A stretch of DNA of 32,240 nucleotides from Spirogloea muscicola (Eukaryota): contig WELB01000028.1 in the NCBI GenBank assembly GCA_009602725.1, positions 70,671-102,910 on the forward strand, written 5' to 3'. Below the pieces are notes generated by a model, which did not search any database, was not told the DNA's origin, and saw nothing but the letters and a program-made list of their open reading frames with translations. Shown piece after piece: positions 11,263 to 22,500 of this stretch; positions within the stretch are counted from its first letter, which is position 1, and the number at the start of each line of letters is the position of its first letter. The position numbers and the translations under genes are program-made.

Positions 11263-13291
11263 ATGCATGCACGGCCAGCAGCGGCAGGCCCCGACCGCCG
11301 CCGCCGCCGCCGCCTCTGCAGCAGAGCCGTCCAGCTTCGCTTGAGCGCTGGCCCGGCAGCGGCCGCTCGTTACTGCCGTCACCCGCCGCAGCTGCTGCGA
11401 CGCCCGCCGTTGCCACCTCCGCGCTCATGGCGGCCTAGGAGACCGTTGTTTCTCAGGTCTGCCTGGCTTGGACCTCTCCAGAAGCTCTTGGGTCTGCCAG
11501 TGAGGAAGGAAGGAGCTGGAAGCAGCCTTGGCTGCTCTCGGCTGCCGCATCTGCTCCATCGGTCGTATGCCGCTGCTGCAGGCAGTGTGCGTGGCCTGCC
11601 TCCAGCGCCTCCCAGATTCTCTTGGACCTTCACAACTTGCAGCTTCTGTCATTACTTGCGCAAACAGCGAGTCTGGTAGGGTGCATGCACGCAGGGATCA
11701 TGCGAGACTGCAGTCTCATGAATAATGGAGAGCAGCTGCTCTAGCTTCACAAGTGGGGATTCAGCTAGCACGGCCCGGCACCGGCACAGGTTGACCAGAG
11801 CTCATCATGCTCGTGGGCTGGTTGGCTGCTGCCTAGTATTGCCTCGGGTTCACTCAAATTACTTATCACGATCCTGGGATGTTGGAGATCCGATGATCTC
11901 CTGCTGGCAGCGAGCTTCACTGCAGCTGAGCTAGCGTCCCGAAGTATACATGTTTAAGATGCTGCCCAGCACCTGAACCTGCTCCAGTGCCACCTATGCT
12001 ACACTCAGTTCCTGACATTCTCGTATTAGTCCTCCGATTTGCAGACATCATGTTCCCAGGCTGCTGCCATTGACAAGCTGCTGAGGTGGCCACTCTCCAC
12101 GTTAAAACCTGTTGACTTCTTTCAAACTAGCCAGCCTGTTCTAGGCCTGAGTAGAGCATCTGAAGGGATGCTCCTGGAGAGCCATATTGCGTGAGAAGGC
12201 CGTGTTGGCTGGCACACTACGCTCAACAGCTTTGACGGACCTACTCCACCCTGACACGAGCACCGGCATGAAGGCTCACTACAGGAGCAAGCAGGAGGCT
12301 GAAATACAAGCAGCAGGAGAGATGGGAAAATTTAGGCTTGTTTCTGAGGGACCAACATTGGTGCCACTGTCTCATGGCGACTTTGTCGTGCATGAGATCC
12401 AGCACGCGTTGACTCACACGGGGTGCAAGCTACTTGTAGAAGCTGGTGCTGGGAAGTGGCAGAAGAGCAGGGTGGGACTGGGACACAGCTCGAAGACAAG
12501 CGTCCTTGCCCCTGGCCGTAGCAGCAGCACTGCTTGGCTGCCATTGGACAGGTATCGTGCAAACGTTCCAATCCCTTCGTCATCTTTTCTTCAGCAGCTA
12601 GCCACCCATTTCGATGACAGTAAATTGGCAGACTCGCAGAACAGCGCTGAAACGAAGACAGCCTGATCCGAGTGAAGGAATTTGTGTGTACTTTTAGTGA
12701 TAGTCACTTAGCTCGGGCTGTGCTTGTGTGCATCGTGCAGCAAAGGCCTTGTAGGAGACGTCGTAAGGGAAGTCCGTGGACTCACGGCCAAGGTGACTGG
12801 AGTGAGAGACTGGAGCCTTTATGAGCCTGAGATTCAGCTGGTGCGCTACGAGGAGCATGAGCAGTACAAAGCTCACTTTGACAGAAACTCAGCCGCATCA
12901 CACTCAGCACTTGCGACCGTACTCATCTACCTGAATGATGACTACTGTGGAGGGCAGACTCACTTTCCAGCTATTGACCTCGTTGTAACACCTGTGAAGG
13001 GTGAGTACGAGTCACCATTTACTATCTCATGCAACATAGCCTTGCAAGCAAGTATAGTCGGAACTCTTACAGAAGACACCTATACTGGACTAAGAGGTCC
13101 TTCTCAAGTCCTAGGAGCTTGGACATGCTGTCAGCGTCTGGCTTGCTGCTTTGCCTGTAGGTAATGCTATTGCATGGAGAACACAATTTGACAAAGCAGG
13201 GAAGCCTGACAAGAAGGCAGAGCATGCTGGTTTGCCAGTGACAAGTGGAGTCAAATACATAGCAACACAGTGGGTGGACTTGCCTGTCTAG
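11263..13291 (+). CDS. Prolyl 4-hydroxylase-like 2OG-Fe(II) dioxygenase; 5' exons unresolved
   Basis: Well-supported exons are ~12155-12551, 12741-13000 and 13161-13291. Motifs: RSSSTAWL, IQLVRYEEHEQYKAHFD, ATVLIYLNDDYCGGQTHFP, EHAGLPVTSGVKYIATQW. The HxD..H triad and 2OG-binding Lys are intact. The start at 11263 is tentative. Confidence 0.85.
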
Positions 13292-13855
13292 GTGGCAGTC
13301 AAGGATCCCTGTCTCAGAAGGACGACATGAGCTTGTTGGTACCGCCAGATGACGCCACAAGCTTCCTCTTGAGCGTCAGTTTGGTACAGAATGACGGGAA
13401 CGATGTACTGTCCAGTCAATGTACTAATCTGTATGCGGAAATGCTACCATATAATACACGATTGACTGAATTACTGAGATTATAGTTACAGCATGCTAGG
13501 CTGCATCTGTTGGTTGGAGAGCACTATTTCCGGTCGACGCATGGTAGCTCCGGTGCATAATGTGGATTTGATAAATCATCACTACACGTTCACTTCTCTT
13601 ATCTGGCAGTTGCCGTCTCCTATTGTGCAAGGGCTTCTGCCATGTTGTACGCAGTGACCCCATGAGACAGCAGCCTGATACACAAAGTGCACACACTACT
13701 GGTCTTATAAATAGTGTCCGTAGACGAGCAGTGCAGCTATATGAAAAGGAATGGCGGCTCACTGCCGCACGATGTCTGGGTGTGGAGCATCGTCCCTCAC
13801 TCTTCTCTGCAGCACTGCTGGTCAGGAGCAGGGCCACCAGGTAATACTAACATGT

Positions 13856-14410
13856 GAGCTCTTCCAAATAGGGCGTGGCTGTGCATGGCCAGCCCAGAAA
13901 GAATGTACAAGGTCCGAAGCGCCGAAAGGTGCCAAACCCACACAGCTATGTCAGAGGCCACAGCGAATGGAAGCTTAGTATTCCCGAGTCAGCAGCCGCA
14001 AGCCGGAGTCAGTCGCAGCTGGAAAGGAGGCACCCCGACGAGACCCGGAAGCAGCAGCCATGGAGCGGCCTGCCCGCACTGTGCACTGCGTTTGCCTGGG
14101 ACCGTTGGAAGGATATGGAAACACCTGGGCAAGCGGCCCGGCGGCGTTGAAGCCGGGCAGCTCACCTTGCCGTCCCTGCCGACAATCAATGGCCCGCCGC
14201 GCAAAGCCGCTGCAGAGACTTTAGCCACCGACTGTCGAACGCCATGCGCACGTCCATCGCCAGCGCCACGAGCTCATCGCCGGCTGGGTGATCCGCATGT
14301 CCGCTAGCAGCCTTGCCGGAAGCGTGCCCTGCTTCCGTCTCCGACTTGATGGGTTTGGCAGAGTCGACGGAGTCGGTAGTCACCACGTCCACAACAACGC
14401 GGGGTATCAT
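13856..14410 (-). mobile_element. 5'-truncated CRE-like non-LTR retrotransposon copy
   Basis: VVVDVVTTDS..EAGHA..HADHPAGDELVALAMD..RWLKSLQRL, then with frameshifts GFNAAG..RAGRSMAAASG..FPAATDSGLRLLTREY*, followed by the shared UTR motif at 13856-13935. Confidence 0.85.
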
Positions 14411-14502
14411 CAAAGAAAGACTGTTCCAGTGGAGGGCGACAGCTCAGAAAATAGAATGAATGAATGTGATATTGGTCTACCACCCGTTGCACCGAGCTGC
14501 AG

Positions 14503-15323
14503 TCAGTCCCACCACTCGGACGACCACAGCTCGAGCGCTGAGGCGTGCGCGGCGGCGGCGGCGTGGTATCGGGAGAACTTGCAGTCGGGGTGGAGGAGGC
14601 CGGAGGTGGCGTAGTCCTCGGCGGCGCCCTCGACGTAGCCGTCGCCGTGCGCACCGGCGACCTGCCACGCCCACTGGGCGCCGGACCAGGCGGTATCGTA
14701 GCTGCGGCGGCGGGCGCCGCCGCCGCGCCGGGCCGCNNNNNNNNNNNNNNNNNNNNNNNNNNNNNNNNNNNNNNNNNNNNNNNNNNNNNNNNNNNNNNNN
14801 NNNNNNNNNNNNNNNNNNNNNNNNNNNNNNNNNNNNNNNNNNNNNNNNNNNNNNNNNNNNNNNNNNNNNNNNNNNNNNNNNNNNNNNNNNNNNNNNNNNN
14901 NNNNNNNNNNNNNNNNNNNNNNNNNNNNNNNNNNNNNNNNNNNNNNNNNNNNNNNNNNNNNNNNNNNNNNNNNNNNNNNNNNNNNNNNNNNNNNNNNNNN
15001 NNNNNNNNNNNNNNNNNNNNNNNNNNNNNNNNNNNNNNNNNNNNNNNNNNNNNNNNNNNNNNNNNNNNNNNNNNNNNNNNNNNNNNNNNNNNNNNNNNNN
15101 NNNNNNNNNNNNNNNNNNNNNNNNNNNNNNNNNNNNNNNNNNNNNNNNNNNNNNNNNNNNNNNNNNNNNNNNNNNNNNNNNNNNNNNNNNNNNNNNNNNN
15201 NNNNNNNNNNNNNNNNNNNNNNNNNNNNNNNNNNNNNNNNNNNNNNNNNNNNNNNNNNNNNNNNNNNNNNNNNNNNNNNNNNNNCGACCGCCGCCGCCCC
15301 GCCGCTCGGGGCCCGGCAGCCAT
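14503..15323 (-). CDS. Probable root-cap/LEA-related family protein; middle lost in gap 14737-15283
   Basis: C-terminus GYVEGAAEDYATSGLLHPDCKFSRY..WWD* has strong GC3 codon bias and resembles the root-cap family terminal motif (G..xY.TS.L...DC...RF). Candidate start MAAGPRAAGRRR at 15323 is across the gap. Confidence 0.6.
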
Positions 15324-15730
15324 GGCCAGCGTTCCGGCTCTGACGTCGACGCACTGGGCTCGCAAAAGCCGGCGACGATCACGGCGGCTGCAGCGGCGGC
15401 GGCGGCGGCGGCGGAGCCGGGCTCAGCCCTCTGGCCAGACCTGGCAGGGGCACCCTGGGAGCACCTGGCAGCCTGGCAGGCCTGGCCTGTGTCTGTTGCT
15501 CGCGTTTGTCCGGCATCAGGTGCTGGCAGCCGTCTGCTCCCGGGCCTCGTCGTCAGATGGGAAGCGCGCCGCCGATGTCGCTGGGTCCCGTTCCCACAGC
15601 GCCGTTCAGGTCTCTTTGTCCAACCCCGGCGTGCCCCTCTCCACCAGACGACAGCATCTACCCAAATGAGAAGCTTACCACCCCACCCAACACTAACAGC
15701 ACGCACTGCTTCATACCAGGAAAGTAGACG

Positions 15731-15795
15731 AAGCAGCCCTTCCACTAGGGGCGAGGGCTGTGATAGCCAGCCCACAAGGAAGTGATTCAGGTCCC
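15731..15795 (-). mobile_element. Solo 3'-UTR subunit of the CRE-like element
   Basis: AAGCAGCCCTTCCACTAGGGGCGAGGGCTGTGATAGCCAGCCCACAAGGA is nearly identical to 9870-9920. Confidence 0.8.
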
Positions 15796-15854
15796 AGCTG
15801 AGTTGCAGGGAGTAAAGACGACTTTGGATACCTGATTCTGAAGTTCCACGTTCT

Positions 15855-16125
15855 CCTGTTTTCCGCCCTCTACTTATTCTGATACGCACTTGCTAACACG
15901 AGATCTTTGCGCGCCCACTTGCAGGAGTCGTGGAGAGTAGTTTTGTGCTTTTGCACCTTCCGGCCCTTTCAGACCTTGTATGTGCCTTTGGGCTGGCCTC
16001 ACAGCCATTTCATACAAGAAAGGAGCTATTTCTTTCTGTTTTTCTGCCCTTGCGCCCTCTTTGTACCTTGTCGATTCTTCTTGGGCTGGCCGTTTACAAC
16101 CACTGCCTTAAATTCGAAGAGCTGT
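15855..16125 (+). mobile_element. Short 3'-end copy of the CRE-like element (ORF tail plus two UTR subunits)
   Basis: CFPPSTYSDTHLLTRD echoes FPAATDSGLRLLTREY. UTR motifs TTGGGCTGGCC..ACA(G/A)CCA..GAGCT are at 15990 and 16083. Confidence 0.7.
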
Positions 16126-17088
16126 TGTGTTTGTTTGTTGTTCTGGAACAGCACTCTCTTTCTTTCTGCGAGGATCTTGAAGCAACCGTGGCTTGAATGG
16201 GCCTTTTGCGACCCTGTCGACTAAAGGTCACGACGTCAACTTTGTGAACGTGCACATTCAATGGGCACGTACCACGGCCCTATTGACTGCTACTATGTCA
16301 CAGCAAAATTGCTAGCTGTCACAGGGTTGGCCTTCGATCCGCCCCCTTGACGGCGTAGCTGCACACTCCGTTCCCCTTGTTCTAGAAGCCGAGGTGGTCA
16401 ACATCAGAGAGAACACTTGCCTGCGAGCACTTGGTGGCCAGGCTGCGTGGAAGCTTGAGCATGCCCAACCAAGGCTAGACGTTGTCCATTGGATACGAGC
16501 ATCGAAGGACTGCAAATACATTGGCTGACCGTCCTGCGACCACGTCAAGATGAGATATGGTGCTTGACCTCCGACTTGAGCCAAGGATTGCTCATCAAGG
16601 CCAATCCCACAGAGGACAGTACACCTGATACACTTAGACATCAAGATTCTCATCTGTATGACGAGCTTTTGCTCAGAGAGTTGTACGAGCCTCTCAAGGC
16701 ATATGTATTCATTTGTCTTCAAGTTGGACCTGCTTTGGTCCAAGAGGCCCTTTCCAGTTGCAACTAACTCCCGGTTGGCTTTTGCAGGGATGTGTGTGTC
16801 AACGGCTTTCGTGCCAGCCAGCAGGGAGGGCAAGGCATTGCACGCAGCATGATCAAGGTTGTCTATTGGTTGTCGATAGTACGTTCCCTTGGGAGCTTTA
16901 GCCAGACAATAAGCTCACTTCCGCTACAAACATGGAGCCATACACTACTTTACTTCTCATCACCTTGCAGACCCCGTGTCACCAAGAGCTCAGACAAGAG
17001 AGTTTGGCAATTGGCCAAGTTGAATAAGCTCAACGGTATACTTGGAAGGTAGGGTTGGGGAGCGTTGGAGCACAAGCCATTAGGCAGC

Positions 17089-18519
17089 CTACGCTATGAA
17101 AACAACAAAGATCAGGAGGAACACCATCAACACGAAGAAGATTTTGATGACCAGCCACCGATTCGACGAGATGCGATTTAGGTACTTCAGAAGAGCACCC
17201 TGCGCTCCTTCAACATTTGCAAGCGTGTCGTCCATGTTCTCGTCGATCCTGTGTGCATATGAGAGGGTAAGCTGGAGGGCAGAGGTTCAGTGGGTGACTG
17301 CCATCGTACAGGAGTAGGCAGTGGATCAGTCCTGAGCAAGTTCTTGCACAGGTATCACTGACCTTATGGCAACTTCGCCTTGCTGCGCGACCATCGTTGC
17401 GAGCTGCGTGAAGATGCTGCTCAGCTCGACAATGGTGGACTCCACATTCTGCAGGGCCTCAGTCCTGCTTGCCATGTAGCTATCCTGCCCAGGGACCACC
17501 AATTGCTGCTGCATTTGCCGAAATCCAGGCGCCTGACCATTGCCAAGCACAGGTCTCTGCCTCGCAAAAGGGGAGGGCCTGTGCCCATCATGCACCGGGG
17601 GGGCTGCTGAGAAGAGCTGCCGCCGGCCCTCATGGACTTTGAGGTTCTGCGCTCATCGCAACACGTGTCAGAATGAAGGATGCACTCAACAACGGCAACA
17701 CAAGCTGTTCAAAAATATCTGTTCCTGCAGTCCACTGGCTGGTGTGAAGCTAGTCGTATCCAATCGCGTTTCTATTAGAGAGGACTGCAGTGATTCTGAA
17801 AAAGAATAAGTTGCTCAAAGGCCTGCTGCAAGTCCTTCACACGCACTTGGTTGGGGTGGATGGTGGTTTTGGAGGCTTGCCTCCGTGCGCAGCGTGAGCA
17901 CGTCCTTGAACTCCTTGGTTGTGCTCATCAGCCGGCTCTTCAGATTGTCCACGACCGTCGTGGAGTGCTCGCTGCTGTGCTTGTTGCGGGCGTGGCTGTC
18001 CGTCCGGGAGTCGCTGAGGGCCTGCAGCTGGGAGATGGCCTCGTTCAGGGCGGTGATGTCCTGCTTGATGACGGCCGTCAGCTCCTGGATCTCGACCGCC
18101 GGGTCGTCGAACATGGATGTCCGCTTAGCCACTGCAGTAAGAGCAGCTTGTCAGCGACCGAGATCGGAGGCCCCTGGGCTGCGGAGCCGACCGGCAGGCG
18201 CGCGACGAGGAAGGCAAGAGGTCTCACGCTTGGCGAGCTTGGCCAACTTCTGCGACGTCTGGTGTATGCTGAGGCCGATGCGCGACGCGCGGCGGTTGAA
18301 CTCCGACTGCGAGCCGGCGGAGGTCTGTGGCGTCGCCAGGCCCTTGGCGGCGCCCCTGGCGCCGTCCGCGGCGCCGTTGGCGGCGGAGGCGGACGCCGTG
18401 GCGGCGCTGCCCTGCGCCTTCTTCAGCCGCTCGGCGACCTGGAAGAGCTCGCTGGTGCGGTCCCGGTAAGAGGCCGCGCCGGCGGCCGCCATTCCGGGCG
18501 CCGGCAGCGGCGCCGGCAT
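17089..18519 (-). CDS. SYP32: Golgi Qa-SNARE syntaxin-5/Sed5 ortholog (SYP3 family), 4 exons, ~328 aa
   Basis: Exons 18519-18228, 18131-17881, 17646-17363, 17248-17089 total 987 nt in frame. Motifs: SYRDRTSE, AKRTSMFDDP, NVESTIVELSSIFTQLATMVAQQGE, RIDENMDD, SSNRWL plus a C-terminal TM. Intron 2 is GC-AG. An alternative in-frame ATG lies at 18492. Confidence 0.96.
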
Positions 18520-18543
18520 GCCCGGAGGCGGCGGCGGCGGCTA

Positions 18544-18649
<106 letters not shown>

Positions 18650-19570
18650 NNNNNNNNNNNNNNNNNNNNNNNNNNNNNNNNNNNNNNNNNNNNNNNNNNN
18701 NNNNNNNNNNNNNNNNNNNNNNNNNNNNNNNNNNNNNNNNNNNNNNNNNNNNNNNNNNNNNNNNNNNNNNNNNNNNNNNNNNNNNNNNNNNNNNNNNNNN
18801 NNNNNNNNNNNNNNNNNNNNNNNNNNNNNNNNNNNNNNNNNNNNNNNNNNNNNNNNNNNNNNNNNNNNNNNNNNNNNNNNNNNNNNNNNNNNNNNNNNNN
18901 NNNNNNNNNNNNNNNNNNNNNNNNNNNNNNNNNNNNNNNNNNNNNNNNNNNNNNNNNNNNNNNNNNNNNNNNNNNNNNNNNNNNNNNNNNNNNNNNNNNN
19001 NNNNNNNNNNNNNNNNNNNNNNNNNNNNNNNNNNNNNNNNNNNNNCCGCCGCCGCGCCCGGCTCCTCCGCCGCGCCTTGGCCCGCGCCGCGCTGGCCTGC
19101 CGCCGGCCGCCTTGCTCCCACGGCCGCAGCCGGTTGCTGCTGAACTGAAGTCGGGCGCGCGAGGGCGTCGAGCGAGCGCACGCGCTTTGCTGCAGCTCGC
19201 GAGGTCAAGGCCGCCGCGTCGTCCACGATCCCAGGAGTCGAGCCTGCGGCCTCATTTGGCTCGAGGCGGTCTTGGCGCCGCTTCAGTACTTCGCTTCCAG
19301 AGGCTCTACTGCCAGGGGATGACCAGGCGGACCAGGCCTTTCGCCGGCTGCGCTCAGCACTGACCAGCTCGGACGACGGGCCTGAAGGTCGTCATAAGCG
19401 ATAACTGTGACGCGGCCCTCGAGCGACCGGATGTGTCGCGGGAGCTGGCTTTGCATACAAGCTGACTCTCCCAGCGAGGTTGACGGCACATGATGTGCCA
19501 GAGTCAAGCCCAATGGTTCGTCCGCTGCACCAACGAGGACGAGGCCTCCAACTAGCACGAAGGCGACGAT

Positions 19571-22500
19571 ATGGACAGGACATGCAAGCGGCAACGCCAG
19601 GCCGAGGAGCACACCAGAGATGGGCCAGCAGAGGCTGCGCAGCAGATGCCAGAGCCCACCTCGATCACGGACCTCTCCTCGGGGATATTGCTGCAGATCA
19701 TGTCGCTCGTTGACGACGTGCGCACCAGGAATTGCATGTCATTGGCGTGCAGGGCGTGGAAAGGATGGGAGAGGCAGACACGTAACATGCTGGCTCTCAA
19801 GGGTAACAGTGGCGAACTACAGCTGGTGCCACAGACATTCACCCAAGTGGAGTATCTGGACCTGTCCCGATGCAGGTAAAGGCACACTGTCCAAAGCGTT
19901 TCGCTATGTGTGTTGACGACCTTGTTCGTTGCCTTTCTTAGACTAAAATATGATACTGAACTCAATCAGCATGTTCATGGTTTCTCCTTTGTCAATCTCA
20001 GCTTGTTGCTCCATACTCGTCGGAGCAGACAGCGGTGATCGTCCACTTCTTGTTGCAAGCTTCTGATATGTGATCTGTCTCCTACGAAGCCCCTTAGAGG
20101 CCTTTGTCTTACCAATGGTCTTCCTTCATGCAGCCCCTGGGGTTATCCGCTGCAGATTCAGGACAGGCCCTACCTTACAGCACTGTTACGAGACTCATTT
20201 CCAGGGGTGAAGAGGTTGAAGTTCTATGTCCGAGAGGCTGATGACGTAAGGACCGTTGCCAACATCTGGCCTTGCCTCAAAGTGAGTCACAGACGGTACC
20301 CAGAAGTTCTGAGCCCCGATAGCTTACTTGCTGAGACACATTTGACGCAGTCACTTATTGAATGTCACACATTTTCATACAGGCGTACAACATGCAGTAG
20401 AACCCTTGCTATTGACATTTTCTCCTGAAGAATTGTCACCGTAGTTGAAAGATGCATGCTGAGCTTGTCACAGAGTTGCAACTTTGACAGGATGCATCAT
20501 TGGTGAGGTGGCATGATAAGGCCCACAAGGACTTAGTCAATCTGGAGGCAGGAGTAGAGCTTATACCACTGCTACAGACTTGTACACAGCTGACTGCCCT
20601 AGATCTGTCGAAGTTCCATTGCTGGACAGATGATGTTCCTACAGCAATGCAGGCATCTCCACAAACTGCATCCAACCTCCTTAAGCTCAACCTGCTAAAG
20701 CTGTCAGCAGAGGACAATTTCACCAGTAGCCAGCTGGTTACAATAGCAAGACACTGCCCCAAGCTTGAGGAATTCTCATGGTAAGAAGATGCATAGTCTT
20801 TGCACCCTCGCTGGCATTTGGTACAGCTAGTGCCCCTACCATGTACAGGCCATGTAGTATATTGCTCATACGGCAAGGTATGAACATGCCTCCTCTCCAA
20901 TGGATCTGTCTCGTTAGTGTGGCACCTCAAGTAGCATGGAATTCTCTAAGCTAGAACTTAGTGGTGCTGATTGCTTTTTTGTGGCATGCTGTGCAGTGTA
21001 TGTGAATCGGATCCTCGTTATCAGGATGCCTTGAGTGATGCTGGCCTACTTGCGATAGCAAGATCTTGCACAGGCCTCAGGCGGCTATGCCTCACTGATA
21101 AAGGGGAACTCCTAGATCCTAGATCAAGCATTGAAGGTCAGGAGTCAGGGCTTTCAGCAAAAGGGTTGCAGGTGCCCTCACCAGCACCTAATCCAGCGGT
21201 GAATCATTCTTCGTGACACATCTGTAGCTGTCTGCAGAGACAGTAAAAGGATAATAGCTCAACAGAGCTCAGGCTTCAAGTTGTTGTGACTGTGCCTGAA
21301 AATGTTAGAGAAATGGTAGCGGAAGGTCTCTGATCTGCTGATGTTGTGTTGTCTTCTCATGAAGGCCTTTACACAAGAACTTCCAGAGCTTCAGGACTTG
21401 AATATTATGCTGTCCCAGAGGGTCCAGGATGGCGCTGCCTGCATGGAGGCTCTGTCAATGAATTGTTCAGGCTTAACATCCCTTCATCTGGGTTGCTTTG
21501 AAGCTGGTGGTGACCTTATCAAGACAATGTCTTCGTCCTCGTTTCGGCTGTCCTTGAGGGAACTAACTTTGAAGCACAGACCAGACGTGTCGGACAGGGG
21601 CGCTCATGAGATTGCAGACAGCTTCCGACAACTCAGCAAGCTCAGGTGCAAAGTTCTGTAGGCTTCGACTTAGAAATCCGGCCAAGATCTTTCATGCTCT
21701 GCTGTAGAGATGGTGATGCAAGTCCCTATCCATCGCATAGCTAAGCAATGAGTTGAGTGCTGCTGATATTGCTAGTATTACCTGTCTGTGTGAGCTTCTC
21801 CATCTTTTCTCAGGTCAATTGCACTCCCTTCTGAGTCATCGCAGAGCTTGTGCCGATTGGAACAAGGTGTTGTACTTATCTGAATGCTCTGGCATTGTGC
21901 TGCAGTCTTTGCAACTGTCCAAATTTCACGAGGGCAGGCTTACGGTGTCTGGCACAGTCGCTACCGGCATTGGTCGAAGTCTCCATCACCCAGTGCCGCA
22001 GCATTCCCACCAAGCACCTCTTAGCTGCCTTGACACCAATGAGGCAGCGTCTGAGAGCGCTGTCTCTGGACTGCGACTGGCGAAGTAGTGCACCTCATTC
22101 CGAGAGACCACCTGCAGATGGCAGAAGGGGTGGACTGCGCAGTGGAGATGCGTCTCAGCCAGGCCCAAATCAAGTGCCTTCGGTGGACGATGATCAGCTG
22201 CCTGCCACGCCTTTCTGGCCTTCGCTAAAAGCACTCGTTGTGTGGGCACCTCTGGGTGCTTCACTGACCCCCTTGATTGCAGCCGGCTTGGACAATTGTC
22301 CAGCCCTCGCAGAGGTGATTCTCGTGCACTTTGAGCCCACAGCAGCATGCTACTATGCCTAGTGATGAGGCACCTCCGATACAGCATGCACAAGCTCACA
22401 GCAGTCTTGCCCGCCTCCTGCGCAGGTAATGGTGGAGGTGGAGGGCGCCTGTCAAGATCTGGCCGGTCCAGGCGCTCGCGCCTATGGCCTGGCCTGCTTG

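Noticed and set aside
14304..15889. Long ORFs spanning the N gaps (also 5420-6470 and 17851-19363)
   Set aside because: Their length comes from N runs; frame across an estimated gap is meaningless.
1057..16125. Dispersed ~30-40-nt repeats as a CRISPR-like array
   Set aside because: They are irregularly spaced over kilobases, in both orientations, attached to retrotransposon ORF tails, and in a eukaryotic context.
18492..18519. Two in-frame ATGs in SYP32 as syntaxin-5 long/short isoforms
   Set aside because: They are only 9 codons apart, with no di-arginine ER-retrieval motif in the extension.
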